Origin: Amphiscolops sp. MND2022
Lineage: Eukaryota
Length of the DNA: 64,000 nt
Reading direction: 5' to 3'
NCBI GenBank assembly: GCA_964187785.1
Contig: OZ076409.1
Coordinates: forward strand, 61,258,001-61,322,000
Made by a program: the position numbers and the translations under genes. The notes beneath the pieces are model-generated. The model was given only the letters and a program-made list of their open reading frames with translations, had not been told where the DNA came from and made no database searches. Shown here in pieces: positions 53,334 to 64,000 of the stretch (position 1 is the first letter of the stretch; each line of letters opens with the position of its first letter).

Positions 53334-54345
53334 GTCTTCCTTCCCGTGTTCTCTGCCCCTGCTGCTGCCAAGACCTCAGTGGTCACCTGCTGTGGCCGCG
53401 TCGCTCCAGTTGGTGTCGGTGACATAGTACACCTCTTGGAGGACACTCGCTATGATATCAAGAAACTCTTCCCGGATGGCCGTACGTGCCTGCTGAAAAA
53501 GTGAACGACAATCACCCTCCCTTCTGCCGCTTTCTTAACCTGCCTGTCCCTACAATTGAGTCCGTCGCAGAAGTCGACCCCCACGCTACTACTTGTCTTA
53601 GTCCAAACACGGTGGGCCCATAAATCGAAAATGACGTAGAAGTGCAAGTCGACCATGTCAAAAAGGACGCAATGGATGAGTGGTGCAACCTAATGACGGA
53701 CTTCAGGTCCGTTGAAAACTTTATGCCCTTGGAAAAAAAGGGCATTCAACGATGCTCGCGCGGAGTGCTCTAAGCTCCATGAACGGTTTCTGCAAGCCTA
53801 TTTATAATTAAAAACCCTTCAGTCCGAACCCCAAATCTTGCTGCAGGAAAACGAGGATTTGCAGGCTGCCCTTTTGGATCTTAACAACACTCATAACAGT
53901 CTTATGGCTGATTCATTAAAAAAATTGATTCAATTTCTGACTTGCAAATTACGTTAGCCCGCGCAGACGACAGTAGTTCCCGTGCCCTCTTGTCATTTGT
54001 CCGCGGTCACCTACTTTCCCTGCCAACAGATTTCTTTTCTACTGAAACCCCATGTACAATAATCTACCACTTCCTCTGTACACCATCTGCGTCAGATAAC
54101 ACTGCCCTGCACGCCAAAACTGTTCTTCGTTTTCTACATCCCGACGAAATATCGACATCCTACGATGACTCTCGAGTACATGAAATGAAGCAGCGCGTTT
54201 GGTTCCCCTCACCACCAACATAGAACGAGTACTGAATATTCCCACATTGCGTCGTGTGTACGACCATTGTGGCCTCTACGGCCTTTGCTTCCTGCTGGAC
54301 AGCCACCATACATGTGGGGACTGTGCCCCAAGAAACCCCAATTGA
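53334..54345 (+). pseudogene. Decayed accessory ORF with a C-terminal DnaJ/J-domain-like region
   Basis: Follows acceptor-like TTTTTTTAATGTTTCAG (53333). YHFL (54065), HPD (54137-54145), and after removal of a 5-bp ATGAA duplication EAARLVPLTTNIERVLNIPTLRRVYDHCGLYGL. Confidence 0.65.
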
Positions 54346-54416
54346 TTCAACTTGCCTTCCCCAAGGACGAACAGTATACCTCCAGTTAATGGTCCTCTTC
54401 CATTTGTCAACCTAAC

Positions 54417-54715
54417 CTTGCAAGGACGCAAGCTGCAGGGAGGGGGCTGATATAACAAGCGGATCAGTAACAGCAAGCCAGTGTTCTCATTGGTTGCAGA
54501 CAAAAAGTGAAAGCGAGACAAACAAAACAATTCTGAAATATTAACACTTGAAAAACAACAAACACATTCACTTCTTAATTTGAACAATATGTCCCTTTAT
54601 ATCAATGACATTTATTCTGAGCAGTACACTTTCTGACGCTAATTCACTTTAATATAAACTAACAATTTCTTCTGCCTTCAATATTCTTCTTGTTTATTAA
54701 AAGTACAAGTTATCA
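54417..54715 (+). mobile_element. 3' terminus of the env-bearing element: hairpin, PPT and 3' LTR (54448-54715)
   Basis: CTTGCA-AGGA-CGCAAG hairpin, purine tract AGGGAGGGGG, then TGATATAAC...GTTATCA. Confidence 0.7.
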
Positions 54716-57036
54716 CGACGTGTTTTTCCCCAAACTTCCCTCAAACTTCCCTCGAATTTAAACCCAAACTTAAACCCTATTGAGCCTTGTTTTAATTAAA
54801 GTTACTAACCTGAGGTCGCCTGTCTGATCCTGTCGCGGTCTTCAAGTCTGGGAGAATCGCAGCTATTACTTGCCCCAGTTACTACTGACATATCCTTCTC
54901 AATCTACACAAATGAAGGCGGACCTTTCTTACTCTTTCGATTTGAAGTATTTCAAACTAAAAATAATTTATGCAAACAAGAACAATCGCTAGCAAATAAT
55001 AAACTTAGCAAATTTGACTTTTAAGACAACCATCCACACATCCGAAATAAAATAAATAGCTAGCTTCTGTGCATCAATCCAGCAACAATAGTCACGGTTG
55101 TTAATTGAGCAACATTTTCCGGTCGACCGCATTTTCTGAAAAATGTGTAACGACACGTTCTGTGGTCTGGATGTTGTGAAAAGGTGATTAAGTGTTGCTG
55201 GAAGCCCTGATAGGCCTTAGTTACTAAAAACATGATTTTCCTCCGAGTGTTTCTTTTTTAAAGGACTTTTTCTAGATATCCCCAACTGACACCAAGTTGT
55301 TACTGCTAGGCATGACGGGAATTAAGCCACCAAACCACAACTTAACTATTTAACTATTTTGTAAAATTGTATGTGAAAATATATAGAAGTTAGTTGCCAA
55401 AATTTGATTCTTCAGATCCAAGAGGTACTTAGAATAACTACCTCCAATACTGAGCTACCAGTATCAAAAACGTGAAAATACGTTAAAGTTATGTAACAGG
55501 ATGGAAGTACAGTATTGCAGCTTGCTAGCTGCGACGGAAAGTTACGAAATTGCTATTTGGGTAATATATTCTAATCCACTGGTTTTCCGCAATTTGACTT
55601 TCACTGAATTGGTCAGAGTGATGATTTCTAACAAACATGGCCATATGTGCTTCGCGATTCTTTGTCTGGAATTTCACCAGAACACAAAATTTTGCATGTG
55701 TTCGGATTATTCATATTAGAACTTCTTGTTCATTAGAAATTTTTCAAAAAAAAAACGTAATGTCGAGTCCATGTTCACATATTACGACCACCAAGTAAAA
55801 CATTACCTATAATACCAAGGTGTACTCCTGAGAACTTAATTCCACCAACTTACAATAGAACTGTCATTAAAAGCAAATCTCTGGAAAACGGCTTGAGAAA
55901 AGCGTTCAATTGGTTACAGCAAATTAAATTGATACCGTCAGAATTGGAGAAATGTTGAGTTTTCAGCTTAAGCATGATATCTCCAGACTTGAGCTACTCT
56001 TTGGATAGGAAAGGCTTCAGTTATGTAAAAACTATCAGCAGGATTGAGTTTGAACCCAACAAAATTTAGGATTGGTTCTCTGGGTAGGGACTCGATGAAG
56101 CTATGCCCATTCCCCGTCCTTACTGGTTGTGTTACTTGTGGTTTGTATTGCTCGAATAGTAAAACGCGCAAAAAATGTAGTACTATCCATGTGAATAAAC
56201 TTTCAGCTTCTTTTCTTTCTTCATATTTAATCCAAATGATGACTACTATCGTCAGCCATTCTTCAGCAATGTCTAGTTCAGTTTTGCAGAATATCGGATT
56301 ATGATGTACTTGATGACTTTTCAGAATATATCATGTTCAGTTTGTGAAGTAGTTTGATTGCCAATGACGCCGAACGTCCGGCATGATGCTAGGAGCGAAG
56401 AAAGTTAATTTTTCCATTACCGCGGGGTGGACACCGAATAAGCAGCTCTGCTTTTCTAAGTCATCGCCCTTTTTCGGATACCATCCGACATGACACAACT
56501 GTTTCAATTGGAGCTGATTTGGCGATTATATGGTTATTTCAGATGCCGTTTTATGATAGATAAAAAAAATACTTTCCCGAAACAATCCAGCAAGATTTTC
56601 CAGAAGGGTTTCGGTAATTTCCTGAAATTCGTGGTCATGGATAAAAAAAGTATTGATGGGTGCTAGATAAATTGACCGACGGTGCAACTGGCCGACTATG
56701 CAATTGGCCGACCATAACGAATTTAATATTGTGGAATGGGTAGTGAAATGGAATTTAAATGTTTTGAAAGAACGATATTATCTTATAAATATCAAGAAAT
56801 AAAAACAATCAAAAAAATCTCTGTTGACTTTTCAGCATCCTCTTCAGTGAAACATTATCAAATGTCTTCATCATTGTCTTATTACAACTATTTAATAAGG
56901 TTCAATCATTCTTTCGATGCGGATTTTAGTTGCATAACAAAACTGATAATATTTTTATTGATATCCAATCGATTACGTACCAAATAACATAAGAGCAAAT
57001 AACATAAAACAAAATTAATTTCAAATAACATAAAAA

Positions 57037-57762
57037 TGTAACGTCCAGCAAAAGACGTCACAAAAATTCGATGAAATGTGCGATAGCAAAATTTCTAAAT
57101 CAAGATGGCCGACCTGACAGGTACTGGAAATTGAAAAGGATGATGGAAAATAGTGCAAACCAACCCCCCACCCTACCCGAGAGAGAACACACCGTCACAG
57201 AAGTATCCCCGAAATCGCCGTGTTGTGCCATCTCCCTCGGAAGACGTCCCAGCTGCCAGCAGAACCCGAAGAATGGCCCAAGAGATGAAGAAACTCAGAA
57301 GTTCGCATATTTTGCGTATGCCACCTAGTAGGTCTAAGACCAAGGCTCGCTGACACTGACGCCTGATGTTTTCTGAATCTATTGTACCATATTTGCGGTT
57401 TTTGTAGGTGTTTGGTGATGTTTTACCCCTTATTTCACCCAGTTTAGACGTTATTCACTAATTGAATGTACTTTGGCTAAACTCCTCTTTTTGGACCTCT
57501 GAGGTATGTAGCAACACGCAGGAACATTAGGAATTGTTTTTACAGGCTTGTGGGACGTGTCCGGACTTTGAGAGAGCCGGCACGTCGCCTCGGAGCTCTA
57601 ACTGAGGAGACTCCTTAGACGTATAGGAAAAGTCCCTTTTAGGAGACCATTTTGGGATTAAAAACTAATGTCTAGGTTGTAGTAAGACACTGGTCTCCTG
57701 TTCAAGCAATCTAGGCACCGTCCCACTTCTATGATGTACTCTGCTAGGTGGTTGACGTTACA
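57037..57762 (+). repeat. 5' LTR
   Basis: TGTAACGTC...GACGTTACA perfect 9-bp terminal inverted repeat; 6 mismatches to 61387-62112 by eye. Confidence 0.95.
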
Positions 57763-57778
57763 TCTAGGATAGTTTTTA

Positions 57779-57796
57779 TGGCGCCCCACAAGGGAC
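57779..57796 (+). promoter_or_regulatory. Primer-binding site, tRNA-Lys(UUU)-like
   Basis: TGGCGCCCCACAAGGGAC matches the canonical tRNA-Lys3 PBS TGGCGCCCGAACAGGGAC at 15/18 positions; 16 nt downstream of the LTR. Confidence 0.75.
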
Positions 57797-60700
57797 ATTT
57801 TTCCATCTTTTCGCCATAATTGGAGTTTTTCCTGCTTTCCGGCCCTGCTAGGTCTGGATCTAGGAAAATTTGTTGGAGAGTCCTAGATTATTTTTATTGC
57901 CTTAGTCAAGCCTGGTAGGCTTTCTACTAGCTGAATTCCTGCGTTTCCTGCGTATTTCCGAGGTCTGAAACCGAAAATCGACGATTTCAGACAGTGTATC
58001 CCTTGTTTTTTGATAACACCTGTTGAAAATGTTAATCCGGCCTATCCAGAACTGGTTTTAAAGGGTTTTGTAGCTCCGTTTCAGTAAACTAGCATTGTAT
58101 GGGGACCGGGAGGACGAGTGCTGAAGGCCCCAATTAGCTGACGACAGTGTGTGAGCACCTCCGACACCACACCTCCAGTACCCCTGTAGTTGCCGTATAC
58201 CCACGTCAATCGGGTTATATTGCTAATTCTTGAGAATAATCGGCCCAAAAAGCATATTCCCAGGCCTGTTCCCACTAAAATTACCTGGGGAAAATACCCT
58301 GTGGGTGTTTGGACCAGTTGAATAAAAATTTGAGCGCGAAAACCTTGAAAACAACACCGTATAATGCTCAAATACCGATTTTTGAGATGTTGAAAGTTGA
58401 AATCTAGTGGAAAAGGATACGGCCAGTGGGAATACGAAAAAAGCGTTCCATCAGACCTGCTAGGTCAGGAACAGAAAAATTTGCTGGGCTAAATTACTGA
58501 AACATCAAAAAAAATTAGCAATTTTTGTTTAAAAAACATCAATTTTGGCCTAAAAGACCAAAATTTGTGAGGGCGAAGCCTTGGGCATTTGTTCCCAAGC
58601 TTTAAGATCAGCCCAAAAACGTTGTTCCCGAGCTTGGTAGTACGAAACACTACTGCCAAGACGACTTTTAGCACCCCCCCAATAAAAATTGAAACTTTAA
58701 CCCTTGACTTTCTTTTGTTATATATAGACCTGAGTAGAGGACCACGTAGACCTGAGCGTTATAAAAACCTAATTAACAATTGAAACAACCCCAGTCCCCT
58801 CAATAAAGTTGTCACACTTTCTAACACTACTATTAGAACCATTCGGAACGTCTGAGAACCGAGAAACAAAAAGTTCCTAGGGAAAATACGTATTTTCAGT
58901 ACTGTCCCGAAAGTGTCAAAGGTGCAACTTGAAAGTTATTTTGAGAGACCTTATTTGGAACCTGCCAGGTTTCGCTCGCCTATTTTCTGTTAGTATAGGG
59001 TATAACGTTGCAAACGCAGAAAACCGCGAGTAATTCCAACCAGTAGTTGCTGAGAAATAGCCGAGAACGCGTTGTTTTTGCGACATTTTCGGAACACTGG
59101 AGTAGTGTCCCCAAGATAGGTCGAAATCTCTCCTAGTAGAAGTAGCCCGAAACGGATTGCACCATCGTGTAGACCGCAAAAAGTTACGTTAGTGGTGTAA
59201 TTTCGTAGCGCTACCATTACTAGTGATAGAGAAATCTTAGCCGCAGTTTTGCTAAAAATTGTACGAAACTGTCAAAAAAACTGAATTTTAGTTGAGCATA
59301 GTGCAATACCTTCGGAGTATCCCAGCACTAAAATTCTTGCATTTTCGTACACACAGCACTAGATCCCGACGATTTGTGCATTTTGAGCAGCTTGCTACTG
59401 TCCAATTTGGAGAAATTGACATTTTTGTGAATTTTGGCCCCAGGAAGTGACTAATAGGGTACATCATAGTTTTGTCAACTCGGATTGCGGAATATTGACC
59501 TGGACACCCCGCTAGTTTGTTTTTCTGTTACGTGGGCATAATTCACGCTCGCATACAGAATTTCAGGTAGCTAGGAAGCCTAGAATGTGAGTTTGACAGA
59601 CTTTTGTAAATTTCACAACATAGTCGATTCTTCAAACAACATTCTGAAGCAACCCCAAGTCACGTATAATCAATTTTGGCGCAATCGGCGGTGATTTTCC
59701 CACGATTTGGTCACAGTAGTAAACCGTGTTAATTTTTCAGGTCGCTAGTAGCTCTAGAAGTGATATTCACCTTCCCCAGGTGTGCACTTTGGCGAAAGAA
59801 TTGCCGATTTTGAGAAATTTTGCGAAAAATTATACACTTTTCGTAGGTGTAGTTGCAAGTGAAGGTTTAAACGACCCTAGTTCTACATCAGGCATCCATA
59901 GCACATCCCATTGAAGTAATCAGAAAGGAGCTAGCTCAACCCTAAAATCTTGGGTTTGTCAAAAAGCTGTCTACGAGACATAGGAGTGCAAAACACAAAA
60001 ATTGTATTTTCTCTCCCAACGGCCACCAGGGTCACCCAAGTGCGAACTGATAGGTGCATTCACGTTTGCCTCGACTGAGAAGTGACGCGAGAGAGCTAGA
60101 ACGCAATTAGGAGTTCTCTAGGAGACGTGGATAGTGGACGCGGTGCGTCTCGAGACAGAAAATTGAGTATAGTAGCATTTGAAATTGTAAAGAACTGTGT
60201 TTCCATTGATCGTGCTACAATCGTAAGTCAAGAAAGCACTTCAAACTCAGTGTCCATTGTCCTACTCATCCCCAAGGTCTACCCCTAGTCCCTAATAACA
60301 TTTTTGTTTCTACTTTTGCTCTCCAGAAACAGGGCAGCATGAGTGACGAAACGACTTTTCAGACAATCTAACGTCTGTAGCCAAGCAGGCTTCTCAAAAA
60401 ATCAATGTTCGTTGCTCGATTCATGCCTAAGGTGAACCTCGGTACTCGGTACCTTAGTTGCATGAACCATATCGATGTGAAAACACCGGACAAGAGATTG
60501 GCCCGGGAAGCACCTGTACTCTGCCGAAAGGAATCAACACCAAGCATGATAAAACACCTGGAGCTTCGAAGCTCTGAGAACTGCTTGGCCTGCGGCCGTG
60601 CTTTTAGAACTCGAATGATTGCTCTGAAACTTGTTTTTAATGCCAAAGACTGTTTTCATTGTTTAATGATCCACTATACATGATTTTTTAACTTCCCTTG

Positions 60701-61350
60701 GTCATAGTCTATCATCGCTATCGACATAATCATCCTCTTGAGAAGCAATTTATTTCCATCTTTTACATATACACTTGTGCCTATATTACCTACACAACAC
60801 CTTTATCTGAACGTACATTGCTAACTCAATAGATTGAATGGGTCCTCGCTTTTGGTGATATTTTTGACTTTTTGGGATCTATTTCTCTATTTGTGCTTTT
60901 TATTGTGCAGTTTCTGTTGGCCACAAACTACGACACTTTTGCAAGACCACAGCCATTACTTTTACTCTTCACTTTTCTAGTGCTATCGTGCATTTTGTAC
61001 AACCTAACCTATCAGGTGGGACCGAGGTTGATGCCAATCCTGTTGTGATGAGTGCTTTTTATGCAGATGCAAAAAGATGCTAGAAATTTTGAAATCTTGG
61101 TGCGAAATTAAAAGTTTGAAAATGTTTTGAATAAAAGGCTAAGTGTCTAAAGTTGCTAACGCTGTTCCAGCGCTAGAACCCATTGTTGGTGTGGAATCCA
61201 AGGAAATCTGCCAGGCTGGCAAAATCTCGTGTTTTTGGGCAATAACATGTTCTTGGGCAATGACTTCCATTTAGATTCCTGAAGTACCATGTCACAACAG
61301 CATCACTGGATCACTGGATGATGGCAACCAAGACGTGAACGTCCACTTTC

Positions 61351-61386
61351 GTTTGTCGAGGACGACAAACTACGGCCCGGGGAGGA
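61351..61386 (+). promoter_or_regulatory. Hairpin plus polypurine tract
   Basis: GTTTGTCG-AGGA-CGACAAAC perfect stem-loop, then GGGGAGGA abutting the 3' LTR. Confidence 0.8.
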
Positions 61387-62112
61387 TGTAACGTCCAGCA
61401 AAAGACGTCACAAAAATTCGATGAAATGTGCGATAGCAAAATTTCTAAATCAAGATGGCCGACCTGACAGGTACTGGAAATTGAAAAGGATGATGGAAAA
61501 TAGTGCAAACCAACCCCCCACCCTACCCGAGAGAGAACACACCGTCACAGAAGTATCCCCGAAATCGCCGTGTTGTGCCATCTCCCTCGGAAGACGTCCC
61601 AGCTGCCAGCAGAACCCGAAGAATGGCCCAAGAGATGAAGAAACTCAGAAGTTCGCATATTTTGCGTATGCCACCTAGTAGGTCTAAGACCAAGGCTCGC
61701 TGACATTGACGCCTGATGTTTTCTGAATCTATTGTACCATATTTGCGGTTTTTGTAGGTGTTTGGTGATGTTTTACCCCTTATTTCACCCAGTTTAGACG
61801 TTATTCACTAATTGAATGTACTTTGGCTAAACTCCTGTTTTTGGACCTGGGAGGTATGTAGCAACACGCAGGAACATTAGGAATTGTTTTTACAGGCTTG
61901 TGGGACGTGTCCGGACTTTGAGAGAGCCGGCACGTCGCCTCGGAGCTCTAACTGAGGAGACTCCTTAGACGTATAGGAAAAGTCCCTTTTAGGAGACCAT
62001 TTTGGGATTAAAAACTAATGTCTAGGTTGTAGTAAGACACTGGTCTCCTGTTCAAGCAATCTAGGCATTGTCCCACTTCTATGATGTACTCTGCTAGGTG
62101 GTTGACGTTACA
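61387..62112 (+). repeat. 3' LTR
   Basis: Near-identical to 57037-57762. Confidence 0.95.
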
Positions 62113-62969
62113 AAATCAAATTAGTTTCAAATAACATAAAAATAAAACCGAATACCGGGTTAAACAATCGAACTCAGAAAATATCATCTGTAATTTCCAC
62201 ACTTTTTTCAGTGACTCTTTTGAATTGTGAATCTTTTGACAACTAAAACTTTCTCGTAAACAATTTTATTTTTATGTTTAGTCAAACTAATTTCATTTTT
62301 ATGTTATTTGAAACTAATTTTGTTTTTATGTGTCCTTCAGTTGAACGGCCAGTATAGTCAATGTGCTTCGGAGGGATTCTAGTTTGAAAGTGTTTAGGTG
62401 TCATTAGTGTCATTCTTTTAAAAACTTTGATAATAATGATTTTATTACTTAAGAACTAAATTGAATTACTGTCTGGGTCATTATCATCTAAATATCATGA
62501 ATTCTTTTGACGGAATATTTTATAAACTATATATTCTCAACTGCTGCATTCTAAGATAGAAATTGTCAATTGTATAGAATGCTCTTTTTTAACACTGTTT
62601 TCGTTGTCGAATTCTGGTGATTATGATGAGGGGTAGTCGTGTGTATTGTGATGACGTCATGCTGTGTGATCAGAATTCTGTCACCTGAAACAAGAGTAAT
62701 TTTTGAAAAATTTCACCATCCTTTTTTAAGTACTTTTAATTCAAGTAATAAAATACGTTAACGTATTTTATTTCAAAAATAATGTGTACCTCTTAGACAA
62801 TCGGAGAAATAGGAAAAGTTCAAGCCTGATACCGGATGTATGATGATTTCGACATATATCCATCAATGCGACATATAAAAGCTGCCAAGTGCTGGATCTT
62901 TTCTGTTTATTCCACCCCCCCCCCCCAATTTAATTCCCCCCAGTTAGGCGGTCAAGTGAAATTTTAGTA

Positions 62970-63371
62970 CTCCTGACTAAGTGTGGTCCCTACAAAAATT
63001 ATCCAGCCGGCCTGAAAGCTCCTTACTAAGTGTGGTCCCTAGCAAATTTAGAATAGTCAACGTGGAGCAAACATTACATGTAGTTCAAAGCAGCAAAATT
63101 CAAATTACTAGCTTTTAGTGCTGTTACAGCCAATATGTATGGAACTTGATTTGAAGACGCTAGCATATTTGTTGTATGGCTCGGTCGCTCCGCTCCTTTA
63201 ACCAAGTAGCAACATTGAGGCATGGCCATATGGCACGTCGCTCCGCTTCGCTTCGCTCATGCATTCAGGACATTAGGGGAATGTGAACATACCTGACTAC
63301 GTTATAATACTAATTCCCACAAAATATGCAGGGACTACGATTATATTACAGGGACCACACTTAGTAGGGAG
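62970..63371. mobile_element. MITE with 22-bp TIRs (left TIR present twice)
   Basis: CTCCT(G/T)ACTAAGTGTGGTCCCT at 62970 and 63019; inverted AGGGACCACACTTAGTAGGGAG at 63350-63371. Confidence 0.7.
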
Positions 63372-63383
63372 GGACGATGTCAT

Positions 63384-64000
63384 CTAGTTCGTCTGCACGC
63401 TTTGGGCGGCTCTCGGAAATTTGTCGGCACTGTCAGTTGCGGTCCCCTTCAGAGCGTTATTTGTGCAAGTCGGAGATCCCTTTGACCTAAAGATGTGTCT
63501 TACGTACTGAAAAACAGCAACTTCAGTTAATGGATCCTCCCGCCATAAAAAACGAATGGACGGTTGGTCTTTCGGTATAACTCCCATTTGTAAGAACACG
63601 CCTTCAAGGTCGGCGGACACGGCCTTGGGAATTGACAGAATCTGAAGAGGATATGGATCAAACTTTGCAGTAGATCCGGACCGGTTAGAAGCGCGTTGTT
63701 CAAATAGTGTCCATGGAACTTTGCAGCACCATTGAGAACTCTTATAGCTTTGCCCGGTTTGTGCGGGTGTATTACGGGGTGACGTGGCAAGTACCATTCA
63801 CGACAGTTATCGGTTCGGAAGCATTCGGTCTTATCGACTCGAACGATGTACCCCTTTTCAAAATCATCTTTGATTCTCTTGCTGTACCTCTCTTTCAGTT
63901 GAGGATCTTTCCCAAGCCGGCGTTCTAACTACTTAAGTTGGTCAAGAGAAGAGAAGTAGTTGTTCAGCAACGTACTTTCTTCATCGGCCCACAACATCTC
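63384..64000 (-). pseudogene. Bel/Pao reverse transcriptase fragment
   Basis: WYLPRHPVIHPHKPGK...LNNALLTGPDLLQSL...SADLEGVFLQ...RFLWR...HIF.SKGSP, with a frameshift; breaks off next to the MITE. Confidence 0.9.

Larger units (their letters stand above)
57037..62112 (+). mobile_element. Young non-autonomous (non-coding, LARD-like) LTR retrotransposon, 5076 bp
   Basis: Two 726-bp LTRs, PBS, PPT, and a 3624-bp interior with no ORF over 100 aa and no recognisable gag/pol motif. Confidence 0.92.
56660..62370. mobile_element. Fold-back/MITE-like host element split by the LTR insertion
   Basis: Left end has tandem TGCAA(C/T)TGGCCGAC motifs. ~27-bp units AAATAACATAAAA(A)CAAAATTA(A/G)TTTC flank the insertion and recur inverted at ~62260-62330. 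Outer boundaries approximate. Confidence 0.5.

Noticed and set aside
57071..57353. Duplicated 85-aa and 66-aa ORFs (also at 61421-61703)
   Set aside because: They are identical only because they lie in the LTRs; no protein motifs.
57600..57650. Hammerhead ribozyme (retrozyme) core CTGAGGA...GAAA in the LTR
   Set aside because: Could not form stem II closing on the GAAA, nor stems I/III with a cleavage triplet.
60405..60683. ORF with CLACGRAF and CFHC, zinc-finger-like
   Set aside because: Short, spacing does not fit a C2H2 or CCHC finger, and no supporting context.

Overview
AT-rich eukaryotic genomic DNA, probably from an invertebrate animal (Bel/Pao elements are present, and a spliceosomal-type exon is predicted). 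It contains a 200-N scaffold gap at 20919-21118. The window is almost entirely nested transposable elements, and no complete host gene is visible; there is one probable signal-peptide coding exon (4419-4673, minus strand). Main contents: two Bel/Pao remnants; a decayed full-length Ty3/Gypsy element (36166-42298) and a second Gypsy family present as two inverted halves inside a CCC...GGG DNA element; two Tc1-type elements; two families of Helentron-associated (HINE/DINE-1-like) non-autonomous elements; solo LTRs that carry gag-like coding sequence; and a young 5.1-kb non-coding LTR retrotransposon (57037-62112). The most interesting structure is the 3' end of an endogenous-retrovirus-like LTR element (about 50738-54715). 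It carries a class I fusion-protein (F-type) env pseudogene, a tandem double-hairpin array, and a decayed accessory ORF with a recognisable DnaJ/J-domain (HPD...VL...R..YD..G), followed by a hairpin, PPT and LTR. Second is a GT...AG-bounded TIR insertion in a Tc1 transposase whose removal exactly restores the reading frame (introner-like). All calls are by eye; no database searches were run.
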